From NCBI RefSeq assembly GCF_009914755.1, contig NC_060927.1: 64,000 nucleotides of DNA, one strand, 5' to 3'. The notes below the pieces were generated by a model, which did not search any database, was not told the origin of the DNA, and was given only the letters and a program-made list of their open reading frames with translations. A program made the position numbers and the translations under genes. Shown here one piece after another: positions 27,856 through 42,781 of the stretch. Position 1 is the first letter of the stretch. Each line of letters starts with the position of its first letter. The stretch is from the human T2T-CHM13v2.0 reference genome, Homo sapiens.

Positions 27856-28882
27856 CTCTTCTTAAGTGGATATGTGTAGACTTGCAGCTGGCCTCTTTAC
27901 CACCTTTGCACCTCAGTTCAGCTTTTTCCAGCCCTACACCCTGCCCTTCACCCTGCTCCCTCCAGGGTTACTTTCCTAAAATACCAGAAACCCTAGTGGT
28001 TCTCTTGTTACTTTGAAACAAATTGAAACTCTCTAATAGGGCATTTCGAGTTCTACATGGTCTAGGCCCAGGCTATGTTTATAATTTCATTTAATAGTAA
28101 TTTCCAAGTTCTTGCGTAGATGTTTCATTATACAAGCACTAGATGTTTCATTATACAAGTCAGTGATTATTGAACTTCCTTTTAGTTATGGACCCCTTTG
28201 AAAATCATCCAATAGCCATACGTTTCTTGCTTCCTCAAAAAAAAATATGCATGTATAATTGTACTGACAACAACAAACCTGGCATGCAAGTTCAGAGAGT
28301 TTGTGATTGCTCTGGCACCATTAGCAAACCATGAAGTTCACCAACACATTGGCTGGGCACAATCTGAGTGTTCTTTGTTCAAACTACTCTCTCACCTCTC
28401 TTCTCCCTTTTCTCCTTCCTGCTGATTGCCTAATGAGAAGCTTTCTTGCTTTTTAGAGTATCTTTCAGAGAATCTGCTGGAAAGGAAGGTGGTTTGGCTC
28501 CTTTTTCCACCATTGCTGCTCCACAGTTGTGTGTGCAGTCCTGCAGCAGGGCCTTGAGGGAATTGAACAGAGAGGGCTAGCCTCTCTATGAGAACTAGAT
28601 GGTGAGTGCCATGAAGACAGAGACTTTTGTTGGAATTGTCCTGGGCTGTGTATTTTATGTGTCTAGAATAGAGCCTGGCACATAGTAGGCATTCACTAAG
28701 TAGTCACTGAAAGAATGGGTAGGGAAGGGAATTGAATCTGGAACCATCAGCTTTCTGGGATGGATGAAGCTATATATAGTAGGGCCCATGAGTTACAAGG
28801 GACCCGTATGCAGATACTGGATGTTGGTTACTGGGAATGGAACAAGAGGTTAGAAGAGAGTTTCTAAGACAGATTAAGAGGA

Positions 28883-29382
28883 TGTATTAGTTTTCTATTG
28901 CTGCTATAACAAATTACAACAAACTTAGTGGTTTAAAACAACACAAATTTATTCTTTTTCAATTCTGAAGGTGGGAAGTCTGAAATCAATTTCACTGGGC
29001 TAAAGTCATGGTGTCACTAGGCTGTTTCCTTCTGGAGGCTGTAGGGGAGAATCCGTTTTCTTGCCTTTTTCAGCTTCTAGAAGTCACTTTTGTATCGTGG
29101 CTTATGAATTTTTCTGTCTTCAAAGCCTACTGTGTACCATCTTCTCTGATTTCTACTTCTCTTCTGACTCTTATCCTCCTGCCTCCCTCTCTTATAAGGA
29201 CCTCTGTGATTACTTTAAGCCCACCTGGATAATCCAGGATGATTTTCCCATCTCAGTATCATTAATTACTTCTATAAAATCACTTTTACCATGTAAGATA
29301 ACATATTCACAGGACATGGACATTTTTGAGATGATGGACATTAATAATGGACATGTACATGGCCATCATTTAGCCTGCCACA
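28883..29382 (-). mobile_element. MLT1 (MaLR) solo LTR
   Basis: tgtattagttttctattgctgctataacaaatt...aaacttagtggtttaaaacaacacaaattt; TG...CA termini. Confidence 0.88.
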
Positions 29383-29914
29383 GGGGGCTCTAAAAATAAA
29401 CATGGCGCCCTTTGTGTTTTTGCCAAGTGTGTCTGTTCCTTGCTCAGGGCTTCTTAATTGTGACATGACTTCTTCCTCACAATGATTACGCTAAGGCCAA
29501 GGACAGTGTTTGCATGTAAAGAAATGTTCCACCACTTCTCAGTTGCTGAGAACTGTTAGTTTTCCCTGGTTCATTTCTCTCCCACATGTAACTCACTGGG
29601 GAGGTACCAACACAAAGGACTTAAAAAGGTCTGTGCTGCATCCTCCTCTAATTTTGTCATTGGTAAGTACCTACTACATTTTTAAAAAGTTGATGAGAAA
29701 GTGTTTACCTGTGATTCTGAGCAGATCTGGTGTATGGCAGGATTATGTTACACCTGCCCACCCAGACTTAATGGAAATACAGTATAGAATGAGGCTTGCT
29801 GTCCTTGAACTGCATGAACTAGAAAATGAAGAAAGCCTGCTGGCATTATTTAAAAGACTTGTGAATTCTATGAATTCATATAGGAGGAAAAGGCATTTTA
29901 TTGCACTTTAAATG

Positions 29915-30165
29915 ACAATTAATGTTAATGAGCGTGTACCATGTGCCAGATCATGTTCTAAGCACTTAACATGTTTTAGCTCATTTAGTCAGCATGAGAA
30001 CCTAATGAGATCATACCATTAGATTCCCATTTTGCAAATAAGGAAATAAAGGCATGATATGGGGACATAAAATTGCCTAAGGGTATATGGCTAATAAAAG
30101 AGGGAGCTGGGGTTTGAATCCAGGTGGTTTGGCTCCAGAGCTTGCATTTGTAACCAGTACCCTGC
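29915..30165 (-). mobile_element. MIR
   Basis: atgtgccag...cccattttgcaaataaggaaataaaggca...gggtttgaatccagg...ggctccagagc. Confidence 0.85.
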
Positions 30166-33100
30166 TAACATTTCCCAAAGAGGTGATGTGCATGGTACAT
30201 GATTAGCCTTGCTAGTGCTACAGTATGTACAGTGTGGCAATCTGTGAAATGGACTTTGTCTGGAAGTGTATTCACTTACAGATATTATAGAGTTTACTCA
30301 TGAGGTAACAGATCCCATCTCACCAATATCGAAGGAAAATGAAAACATAAAGATTGGGAAAAAGAGGGTGGAAAGTCTGGTCTTTGGTGTCGAGGAGGTG
30401 ATTTGGAAACCTAATAAGCACACTTTCCCTCTTTTCATTGTTTTATTCTATCTTTGATTTACAAGACCTTTTCTTCCTGGCATGCTTCCTTTTTCTCTTG
30501 GTTGCCAGTGGTCTTTCTTGGGCTGATTATTGTCTGTAGCAGGACTGAAGGTTGGCCCTGTCTTCTCCACTCGTTTGTTTTGTTTCAATAGATGAATAAA
30601 TGGAAATTTATCATTTCCAAATCTACTTAAAATCAGGGCAAGGACTTATTTACCCCATACTTCTTATTCTTCTGATGCTTTGCTAATCCATGCTAATAAT
30701 ATTTAAAAAGAAAGTATTTTAAAGCCTTTGATTAAAGTTGAAGGGGAGGGTTTTGTGAAAGGGGTAAACTGGAATCAGCTGCTTCATATGAGCTGGAGCA
30801 GGATTGGAAAATATCAGAAAGGAAGTGAAATCCTATTTCCCTCACATAGACAAGCATCATTTTCCTTAGGATATTATGGCTTAGGAAATTGACCTCTAGA
30901 GTTTTTCAAAATTCTGTGCCCTGGTTCCATTTTTTTGTGTGTTTGTTTTGTTTTAATGAAACTGATGGAAGCCACAGAAAGCATTTCTTTTTTTTTTTTT
31001 TGGAAGACAGCTTTCGGGGGGCATATTTAATAAAGCCTGAGATACAAGGATTTGGGGCTCACTTTAAATGTTATTTTTACCATTGGCTGAATTTGGATTT
31101 GAATTATCATGGGTGCTCCCTGAAAAAGAATTGGAAATAGTGCCCAAAGAGAAATGCGTTCTTTCCTGTACTGATTTTTATCCCAGAATGACCAGTCCAC
31201 AATAGGAAAGGGGGCTTTGGCATGCAAAAGCTTTTTTGTTTTACTTGACTTCATTCCAGTATTCTGTAAATTCATTCTTGGTGCAGTTTCCAAGCAGCAA
31301 CTAAGAATCCACATTCTCCCAGTTTGTTTATAATTTATTATTTATACCCCAACTGCATCCATAAAAGGCTCAAGGAAACTTACAATAAAATACATGTACT
31401 CAATGAGACTGTTTAAGTGGGAAACAAAACAAGGCAAACAAGGCAGGGTTGAAGAGAGCAAGCATGCCTAGCCACTTCTGTAAGAGGTACTATGAGTGAG
31501 GATTAAACAGCACTTCCCTTCTGAGCAGCCAAAATGGAAAGGTCACATAATTGGTTTTATAACAATCGTATCCTAAAAGCAAATGTTCCTTAGAAGTTAG
31601 AAACCTTTCCTAGGGTTGAGTTTTCAAGAATTTTTGCCAGGCAATGGATTAGCAAAACTGTTCTTGAAGATACAAGCCTGGCATGGAGGCTGCTGTGTAA
31701 GGAGTATAAACTTCCACACGTTATATTTGCCAACCTGATTCTGACAGCTGGGAAAGCCGGCCTCTCAGCAGAGCTCACCCCCATCAGAAGTGATAATTAA
31801 TGTGGTTATTAAATCATGCCTGGTAGACACTTGCTTTGTATTTTTTCTCATTCTTCTTGGAAGAATGCACTTTAATAGTGGGGCAAGGAAGAATAATAGG
31901 TACCTAGTATTGATTCATTCAGCACATCTGTTGAGTGTTTACTCTTTGTTAGGCACTGGAGATCCCGGGGTGAACAGGCATACTTGTCTGTGTCTTCATG
32001 ATCATATATAAAATTAGGGGTCAGTTTTCATTAGATGGAAATTAATAGTTATATCCACATTTTAAAAACGTAATTATAAATTGAAAAGCTCTCTGTAATA
32101 ACCCAGAGCATCTCAGGCCCAAGCATTCACAGACCGTTTTCTCTTCTAAGGATGTTATGATAAGAGTGCTGGCATATGTTTTCTGTCATTCATTATCCCT
32201 ATTTCTGAGGAGTGTTATCCTCATTTCTGGGACAAATTAAAATATGGGTGAATGCATTTGAGTAGCACTGAAACAAAAGAATCAAGCGTGCAGGTTACCA
32301 TGGAAACAAGTTCCTTTTTCTCCACTTTGTTTCTGTGAGGCAAGTTCAGATGATAAATACTTTAAATGGTCATTTTTAGGCAAAAACTCAGTCTTAATAG
32401 TATTAGAATTTCAAGGTCTTTTTTATACTGTTTTCCTATATTTGTATGGTCTTGTATATATTCCTTCTAGCAAATACATTATCAATAAGAGGAAGGGCTA
32501 AGTAAGTTGGAGCCTTAACTGATACGGAAGAGTTGAGGGACACTTGGTTTTGTAGTCTCTCTTTGCCTCTCCCTCCCCTGGCCCCCAGTACCCCTCTCCT
32601 TTTTTGGGATTTGCCAGGTGCCTTGAACTGAAGGTGTCTGTGCAGAGCTGGATTTAAATCTAAGCAGGCTCTGTGTTGTGTGGTATTAAGGCTAAGAAAA
32701 CCCTTTGATTCAAAGACCAGAAAATACCCTTAGCTTATATACCCTTAGAAAATACCTCAGTCTCTGCCATATATCCAGGCTGATCTCAAAGGTTTAACAG
32801 GATGATAAGAATTGTTTAACAAAAATTATCCTAGAGATTTTAAGGACCAAACAGTAGCTATCAGAATGGGAATGAGAACTACCAGAGCATTTTTGTTTAG
32901 AACTCTTTTTTCCCCTCACATCCCAAACCACTTTTAATTTCTTATCCTCTTATTATCAATCCAGAGATAAAATTTCAGAAGAAAAGGCTAAAATAGAATG
33001 TGAGAAGACATATAGTCTGCTGAAAAGGAAGTCTCTTGAGACCTTTACCAGATCAGGATGTAGGTAGGATATTTTCTGATTGAGAAGCAACTGTCCTATA

Positions 33101-34169
33101 TTTGTGTCGAATCAACACATTTCCTATCACTGTTAGTCTCTGGTGAAGGATTCATCGATGAGCTTCATCTTCCTCAGCACTGATTTTGATGTATTGTTAA
33201 TGGCTGCCTGGAGTGCAAACTCTGCATGTAGGCAGAGTGCCAGACAGTTACTGATGCCTGCCATGGGTTAGTGGCGGTGCGCTTGCCATGCTTTTATTCT
33301 CCCTGATCCAGTATGTCAAAAGAAACTGACTTCAACCTTCAGTGTCAATGTGACCACCAAAAAAATTCCAAATAAAGCAGCCCCAAATCTTACTTACCGG
33401 CAGCAGAATATAAATTCATTTTGGTAGAGTACAGAATGTTCTGTATTAGGAAAGTATTTCCAGCAGCACATACTTCGCTGCCACTTATCTGGAATATTTC
33501 TTTGTTTAGGGAAGATATTTTATTATATAACAACAACTTAGACATGTGAAATCTGCCTGGTATGTTACAAGTCTCCAGCCTAAGTGAATATGACCTTCTC
33601 TGGTAGGATACTGCAGCCATTTAGATTGACAGCTCATTTAAGTGAGGGAGACGTCCAAGAATGATTTCAGTTTGCTTTAGGCAGATGGATATTAATGAAG
33701 AAAAAGTACCTTGAAAGGATGCCATTCTGAGGAGGGCACCGGACAGCGGCATTGATTATAACCAGAGCTCCTTTTTTTCTGTGTTTCCAGAGCTAGAGTG
33801 CTGAGTGCTGCGCTGCTTAGTCTCTCTGTCATCCTTCTGAATTGGATAGGGGAGGGGCTGGTCTGGCAGGTTTTTCAGAAAATGCAGCTGGCATTGAAGA
33901 AACTCAGATTGGACTGGGTCTCTCTTTAGTAATCCTAATTGAAGAATTGTAAAGACTTGTGCTGGGAGTTTGTGTCTTCATTGGTGGCCCTTCCTGTACC
34001 TAGCACAGTTCTGGGAAGCCAACTTGTGGTCAATTAAATATATGTTGACTTATCAGTGATAAAAGCAAGGTAGAGACTGACCCAATTTGTGGGCATTACT
34101 TTCTTAGTAAAATAATAATAGAACGAAATTCTTTTACATGTTTCACCTCTATCATTTTTTATTTAAAAC

Positions 34170-34600
34170 AATAAATTTCATTTGTTTATGTATTCACTGA
34201 TCAAATATTTGACTGTCTCCTATATTCCAGGTACTATGGCCAAGTCTGGGTGGGTGGGTGGTTGGGTGTGTGTGTGTGTATATATACACACACAATATAT
34301 ATATACACACACACTATATATATATATAAATATAGTAGTGAACACAACAGACATGGCCCCATCCTCTAAACCTTGCTAAGAGAGACAAAAGTAAACAAAA
34401 ATTATAAAAGAATTAATTGCCATCATAGTAGGTACACTGAAGAAAATATATGGGGATTTATGAAGTCATAGAACAAGAGAACTTAGCCTATCCCAGCAGG
34501 TTCAGGGAAAGCTTCCTGGAATAGATGAAATTTAATCTGATGCATGAAGGATGAGTGGGATTCATGAGGGAAAAAGGGGAGCGAGAATAGGAGGGCCAAA
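34170..34600 (-). mobile_element. L2 3' end interrupted by a compound (GGGT)/(TG)/(TA)/(CA) microsatellite (about 34248-34333)
   Basis: attcactgatcaaatatttgactgtctcctatattccaggtact, resuming as gtagtgaacacaacagacatggcccc and cagggaaagcttcctgga. Confidence 0.75.
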
Positions 34601-36162
34601 ATGAATAACCCCCAGAGGGCTTCACAGGGCACCTGTAAACCAATATTTGATCACACTGTGTCAACCAGGACCAGAGCACATTGCTGGCTGTGATTTTCCT
34701 GATTATCTTTCTTGGAGGCTGAACCTGATATGGTTGCTGACCCTTCTGTTGTCTGCACATTTTGTCATGGCGTGGATCTTACTGTGAACATCTGCACTAC
34801 GTTGATTTGTGTAATTTATTTGCTGAGACCATTCAACATTAATCTTGGAAAATGATCTTTTTCTTTGCAGTTCCAGCTGCTACTCTTCTTGCTGGATGTC
34901 TTAGTTGAGGGTTGGCCAGTAGTAACAGGTGGGCAAGATCAGCTCACCGCTGAGAGCTGAGGCAGCAGGTGTTTTGGTTCAAGCACAGGGTCTGGCTCTG
35001 GTTTCAAATGAAGTTGTGACTTAAGCACTCTTTGCCTTGGTTTTCTTATCTATAAAATGGGTATAATGACCATCTCATAAAGCAGGCTTGCTGTTGGTTT
35101 TGTTTTTTCCTCAAAAATGTAGTGCCACATTTAAGATCATCACATAATAAAGCAACCACAAAAGACCTAAAAAAAATCCCTGCAGTTTTAAAAAACGTTA
35201 GAAGAAAGGTTACTAGACCATAAGCAAGCTCCACATCAGGCTCTTTTTTCAAACATGGGTTTTAGCTGAATCATCTTGAACCTCCTGGGAGGTGGACCTT
35301 ATATGTTTGGTAGGACCATTATCTGCACAGCTGAGGAGCTCACCTTGGCAGACTACAATCATTTAAAGCACTCATTTGAAGTATGGGTGTGATTTTGCTT
35401 GTGATGGTGAGTTAACAGCCAAACAGGGCTAACTTGTGTTTCTGGTTAGGAGGGAATGTTTCTAGGCAGCTTTTCCTGGTCCACAGAAGGTTTCTCTTTA
35501 GTGGTGAGATTGGAAATGCTTTACAGGGAAAAAAAAGATAAAGGTTGTGTAACATGATTGGTTATAAAACATGAACATCTTGGTAATACTACAAAGAGGA
35601 AATAAGTGGAAGTATTATCCCCGAAAAAAATTCATAGAACTTAAATACGTATTTCCATTAAAAAGTTGTCCTCCTCGTAAGTCAAATTATTTCATTCAAG
35701 TTTCATCCAGGGAACCAGAATACTTTTACTTTTGCTTCAGATTTGATTTGATTCACCGGCATTCTTGGTTCCCGAAATCATACCTCATTTTTTAGAAATA
35801 CTTTCTTGATCTTTTTGTAGCTAACTCACTTAGTAAAGTATGCAAATTTTCCAAAATAACTAATAGATCATTTAACATAGAAAGCTTTAAATTATGTCTT
35901 AATTATGTCAATGTAAAAATAAAAGGTGGGTGGTTTGGTTTATATTGAAGTAAGTAGCATAAACAGAAATTTAATTAGTACCTTATTTTTAATATCGTAC
36001 TTTGGCAAACCTTTCACAGTGATAAATGAAATTTTCCTTTTCATTGGGAAAAGCCAAGTTACTGTTGTTTTTGGTTATATAGTTGCATTCCTTCAGGCTG
36101 GTAACAGTGTAAGCTAAAGACAAATTGTAAGAGATACTTGCCTCAAGATATTTATATCCTAG

Positions 36163-36507
<345 letters not shown>

Positions 36508-36639
36508 CTTTCAATTTTCTTTAAACAATTTTCTTTACATTTGCATTACAAAACAGTTGGAGTTAAATGACAAATATTTCACATTTCTATGAAAAACAGC
36601 TAGAAATCAAATAGTCTTAACTATATAGTACCTAGAATT

Positions 36640-37340
36640 CCAGTTCCTCTGAATTTTCACAGATGTGTATTTTTAGCTGTCCATTAGACATCTCCAAGGC
36701 AAAATTAAATGGAGCTCTTCCTGCTGCTTCTCCCTGTTCCTAAATCTCTGTCTTCATTAATGGTTTAAGAACCCACTTTATTGACCGGGTGGAAACCTTG
36801 ACCAGAAATCTCAGCATCTTCCTTGACTTCCCATCTAATGCGTTTCTTGAGTCTATTAATTTTATCTCCAGATTGTTACCCTATGCTGGGTCCTCTTGAT
36901 TTCCCACTACCAGGCTTTATTGTCAGCTTGCCCAGATTAGCCACCTAACCGGCCTGCTTGCCATCTGTTCCTCCCTACTAGTAATCCATCCTTGCTCTGC
37001 TCCAGTTTTCTCGGATTGAGTGATTTATTGGCTTCCACACCTCCAGTGGTTTCTTATTGTCTACAGATTAATTGTAAACTTCCCAGCATGCAGTATAACC
37101 TTTGCAATCAAGCTCAGCCCTGCTCTGCAGTCTTCTTTCTGTGCCCTTGTTCCTCCTGGAGTGGAGTCTGTACCTCAGCTCCACTGAACTTCCCAGTTTC
37201 CCCAACCAGACCCACGTTGCTTCCACTGCCCGTTGTGCTTTGCTCCCCTGCTCCCGTCATGTCATCCTTCGCACTGATAATCCAGCTTACACGTGTCCTT
37301 ACCTGTGTTTACCACGAGAGTGGTCACTCTGCCCTCTGGA
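36640..37340 (+). mobile_element. L2 fragment, continuing after the MER21 at about 38185-38315
   Basis: Pyrimidine-rich L2 phrases (cagcatcttccttgacttc, ccagtggtttcttattgtctacagattaa). Confidence 0.6.
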
Positions 37341-37348
37341 GTTTTCTT

Positions 37349-38184
37349 TGTAGGCCTCTTTGGTTTTTTACTCACCATACTTCTGACACCAAATGTGTGA
37401 ATTTTTTTTTTATACCAACCGACTCTCTAACCCTTGAGACACCAATTGTGTGTCCTACAGTTCCGGTCCTACAATTTAAGTTCCTACATTAACCACCCTG
37501 AGTTTGCATCACACTCCACAGGTTTAAGGTTTCAGCCCACAAAACTGCCCTCATTTAAGACGGCAGATGCAAGTATTGGGTCCCCAGGTTACCCACACTT
37601 CTCTTCTACTTGGCTACAAAGTTGTGGGGGGATTTCCACAATCCACCCCTATTTCAGGCCCTGATGATTTGCTAAAATGGCTCACAGAACTCAGGAAGGT
37701 ACTCTACAATTTCTGCTTTATTATATAGGGTACGACTCAAGAACAGCCAAATACAAGGATTGTTACAGGGCAAGGCTGGAGGGGGTGCAGGTACTGCAGA
37801 CCACCTAGTCCCTCTCAGGGCCTGCTACTCTCCCAGCACCTCAAGGTGTTCATCGACCCTCCCTAACCCCATCAGTTAAGGGTTATTGTGGAGGCTCCAT
37901 TACATAGGCACTATTGATTAAATCATTGTTCCTTGGCAATTGAACTCAAACTCTTCTCTTCTTATGACTGGAGATAGGCAGGCATGGCTGAAAGTTCCAG
38001 CTCTGCAATCATGCCTTGGTCTTTCTGGCATGCTGAGAGCCATGCTGAAGCTATCTAAGGGTCCCCAGCTACCAGTCATCTCACTGGCATACAAAAGACA
38101 CTCCTGTCACTGGAGATTCCAGGTATTTCAAGGAGCTGTGTTCCAAGGACCAGGGATGAAGACCAAATACTTATTATTACCACA
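37349..38184 (-). mobile_element. MER21-family solo LTR
   Basis: cttctgacaccaaatgtgtg...ggctcacagaactcaggaag...ggagattccagg...gaccaaatacttattattaccaca; TG...CA termini. Confidence 0.8.
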
Positions 38185-38372
38185 CCTGTGTTATAGATCC
38201 TGTATTGTAATTGGCTGCATGCCTCCCATCAACCACTCCACTGTGAGTGTTGGGAGGGAAAGGATCATTTCTTACTAAATTTTGTTTAATGAGCTAACCT
38301 CTCCTTGGCATATAATTCAGCTTCTTCTGTTTTGGTTCAAGTATTATGCTACCGTTTCTCTACACACACTTA

Positions 38373-38373
<1 letters not shown>

Positions 38374-38413
<40 letters not shown>
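38374..38413. repeat. (AC)20 microsatellite
   Basis: Read directly. Confidence 0.95.
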
Positions 38414-38415
<2 letters not shown>

Positions 38416-38722
38416 CTATACACATACTATTGTACAGTCAGTGTGGTTAAAATTCCACTGATAGGAATATACCCCAGAGACTTGAAAACAGACACAAGAA
38501 TAGATATTCGTATGCAGATATTCATAGCAGCATTATTCCAGGTAGCCAAAAACTGGAAACTACTCAAGTCTCCATCAGCAGATGAATGGATAAACAATTG
38601 CTATCTATATGACATATATGATATATATCATATGTGTATTATAGATATATACACTTGTATGTGTATATCTATTTAGGTGACCCTAAATTGCTATCTATTT
38701 ATACACTAAATCTGGTAACCCT

Positions 38723-39049
<327 letters not shown>

Positions 39050-39076
39050 TCATGTATATTATCAGATTTAAAATAA

Positions 39077-39440
<364 letters not shown>

Positions 39441-39628
39441 TCAGACTTATTTTTTAAGCATTTATTTAGGTGTTTTGCTCATGTATTTTTCCATACAATA
39501 AAATATATAAGCATTCACTCCCCTTCCCATAAAGAATTCTTGAAAAATAATGAAATATGTTTAGTCTAAAGTACCTGAAGGCAGAGCAGATCAATGTTTG
39601 AAGCCAAACACTTGAAGCAATAACTTGA

Positions 39629-39745
39629 TTTTTTTTTTTTTTTTTTTTGGTTTTGTCTTGTCTTGAACTCCTGGCCTCAAGTGATCTTCCTGCCTCAGCC
39701 TCCCAAAGTGCTGAGATTATAGGCGTGAGCCACAATGCTCATCCT
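39629..39745 (-). mobile_element. Alu fragment (partial left arm plus poly-T)
   Basis: tcttgaactcctggcctcaagtgatcttcctgcctcagcctcccaaagtgctg. Confidence 0.85.
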
Positions 39746-39933
39746 CAAGGAGGTGTTAATATGATAGATTTAAACTTAGATAAAATTTTTATAGATTTTA
39801 AAAATATTTTTTAGTTGGTACTGTGTACTGTTGAATTTTCAAACCCCGTGTAATAACATTACATGAGGCTAATCTGTTATCTGTTAGAGTGTATGAAAGA
39901 AGTGTTAATTTTTTTTTCCCTTTGGTTTTTCAG

Positions 39934-40086
39934 GTTCTTTATAGAGTTGGAAGCAAGACATCAGAATAATATCTTCATAGATGACATAAGTGACATTGTG
40001 GAAAAACACACAGCATCCACATTTGACCCATATGTGAAATACTGCACAAATGAAGTCTACCAACAACGAACACTACAAAAATTGTT
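39934..40086 (+). CDS. ARHGEF26: ARHGEF26 coding exon, DH domain, 153 bp (phase 2-2)
   Basis: tttggtttttcag acceptor; GTAAGC donor at 40087. AA+G completes Lys, then FFIELEARHQNNIFIDDISDIVEKHTASTFDPYVKYCTNEVYQQRTLQKL (F..Y..YC.N motif). Confidence 0.96.
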
Positions 40087-41136
40087 GTAAGCAATGTCGA
40101 ATGCTACAGTTTTAATCATCTAACCTAGTTTTAATTAGGCTACATTGACTGAAATTAATTGATCTTTTGAATTATATTTAGAAATGCCTCCTGATAGGCT
40201 ATTTCCCAGAGGAGAAATGTTTAAGAGCATTACTTTTAGGGTGTGGGTGTTTAAGTAGAAAAATCTAGTGTGTAGAGAATTTTCTCTCTTACGAAATTAT
40301 AGCTTGTTATTGATGTCCTTGTTTAGTGTTTCGTTGTTTTTAATTGTTGCAGGAAACAGAGGTGGTCCTCACTCTAAACCCGCAGTTTTCTAAGCTTTTT
40401 ACTGGCAATTAAGTGGTTTTCCTGAGGCTTAGAGGGGATTCTTGAGTAGATTGAGCTAAAAGCTAAGATTCAGAGTTTTCTCTACTATTCTGATCTCCCT
40501 CCATTCAATTGACAACGATAATAAATTGTTCATAAAAATTGCTGATTATTCCCCCCACTTGGGTAGTTAGAGTTGAAGAGAGGAGGGAAGTTCTGAAGGA
40601 AAGCAGTAGAAAAAAGTAATGTTCTTAAAGATTTCAGTTATGCAGCAAAAGAGTTAAGCATTAGATTTCCTGCCACATCTTTTCTTTTTGTCCTTTTTAG
40701 GTTACTGAGAGTTTTGATGTGATGCATATGCCATCTGTGTCCTTAAAAGAGTCACCAATTGTTCAGTAATGCCTATATGTATTTTAAAGAGTCCTGTTTA
40801 TCACAAGTAGCTGTTTTACAGCACAGTTGTGCACTGCTGTAAACCCAGTTTGGGAGCTTAATGGCTGTTATCGTTCTCACCCCCTCCTGTGAGTTGTGGC
40901 ATTTATGACCACGGCATGGAGCTTCGGTCAACTTCTGTGCAATATGTGAGACCCCTATGGAGGAGTAGGGGTTGAGGATGACTAACTTATGGCTGCTTGG
41001 AGAAATAGTCAAAGCCTCTAAGCTGATGAGAAGGGCTGATGATGGCCCCCTTTTTCCTCCACATCTTCATGACATTTTCATATAGCCAGGGTGGAAAACA
41101 CGCAGCTGCTAACCCCAATGAGATTTTTAGTATAAA

Positions 41137-41340
41137 GCAGGGTTTGTTCGCACAATTGACATTTTGGACTGGATAAGTCTTTGTGGTGGGCTGTCCTATG
41201 CATTTTAAGATGCTTAAGGGCATCCCTGGCTTCCATCTGCTAGATGCCAAAAATCTCCCCAGACATTGCAGAAGGTCCCCTGAGGGTAAAACCACACCCA
41301 TCACTTCCTCACTCCACCACGCCCTGGTGGGAACCGCTGC
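41137..41340 (-). mobile_element. MER20-like element
   Basis: attgacattttggactggataa...ggctgtcctatgcatt...gcatccctggc...ctagatgcca...ccagacattgc. Confidence 0.8.
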
Positions 41341-41519
41341 TATAGGAACAGAGGTTCTCTGTAACTGTTAGAGAATGCAAGTTCATGTCTGAAAACAAAG
41401 CCTTGAATTAGAGATAAATTTGGGTTTCATTTTGTTTTGCAGGATTTAAAAAATGTCACTAGGTACTGCTATACATCATGTGACTCTTAAAGGTTTTATC
41501 TAAATTAGCTTAATGATAA

Positions 41520-41886
<367 letters not shown>

Positions 41887-42479
41887 CGCAGTTTATGTGA
41901 ATTTAAGGTTAGAACAGTGGCTTTCAATTCTAGCTGCATGTTAGAAATGCCTTGGGGCCTGAAAATGAGCAAATGTACACTGTCCAGAGTCCATCCCAGA
42001 CTATTTAATCAGAACCTTTGGAAGGTGAGGGAGGGGACTGGGACCTGAGTTATTTAAATATACAACTAATTTAGAGGTTTTTGTTTTTTTTTTTTAACTT
42101 TCTAAAAATCTTGTCAAAGCTATCAGTAAAAGGAAACTTAAAACTTCTCAATTAGAGAAAATGGAAATGAATTGTTTCTGTATAATTTCTTTTCATTTGC
42201 TATTCTGGCATTCTCCCCCTCCCTGCTTTTAGTAGCAGCCTTGAACAAGATTATTTAATTTTCAAAATAACATTTTTTAAAAAAAAAATGACTGCTATTG
42301 TCACTATCCTGCTTCCTTCTCCCTTCATGGGAGTACAATATCCATCTACCTCCTACCCTCCTTGCCTTGGAAAGTGGCAGTGGAACTCTACAGAGCTCCT
42401 CATGGGATGAAGTGAGGTAAGAGAGTGAGAAATGGGGGGACAAGAGTGTCAGATTTAACATTAGAAAACTTGGGTTTGA

Positions 42480-42781
42480 GGCCAGGCACAGTGGCTCACG
42501 CCTGTAATCCCACCACTTTGGGAGGCCGAGGCAGGTGGATTACTTGAGGCCAGGAGTTCGAGACTACCCTGGCCAACATGAAACCTTTTCTCTACTAAAG
42601 ATACAAAAATTAGCTGGGCGTCATGGCACACACCTGTAATCCCAGTTACTTGTGAGGCTGAGGCATAGAATTGCTTGAACCTGGGAGGCAGAGGCTGCAG
42701 TGAGCCGAGATTGTGCCATTGCACTCCAGCCTAGGTGATAGAGCAAGACTCCATCTCAAAACAAACAAACAAACAAACAAA
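42480..42781 (+). mobile_element. AluS inserted in a MIR
   Basis: Full dimer with an (AAAC)n tail; TSD aaac(t/c)tgggtttga. Confidence 0.95.

Noticed and set aside
29510-29911. 133-aa ORF in non-repeat DNA
   Set aside because: TTG start, no recognisable homology and no supporting splice structure; within chance expectation.
33390-33790. Minus-strand donor near 33392-33397 and plus-strand acceptor ctttttttctgtgtttccag (33771-33790)
   Set aside because: No convincing partner site was found for either, and the DH reading frame needs no extra exon.
36992-37492. 166-aa ORF
   Set aside because: It spans an L2/MER21 junction, has no domain features and does not start at ATG.
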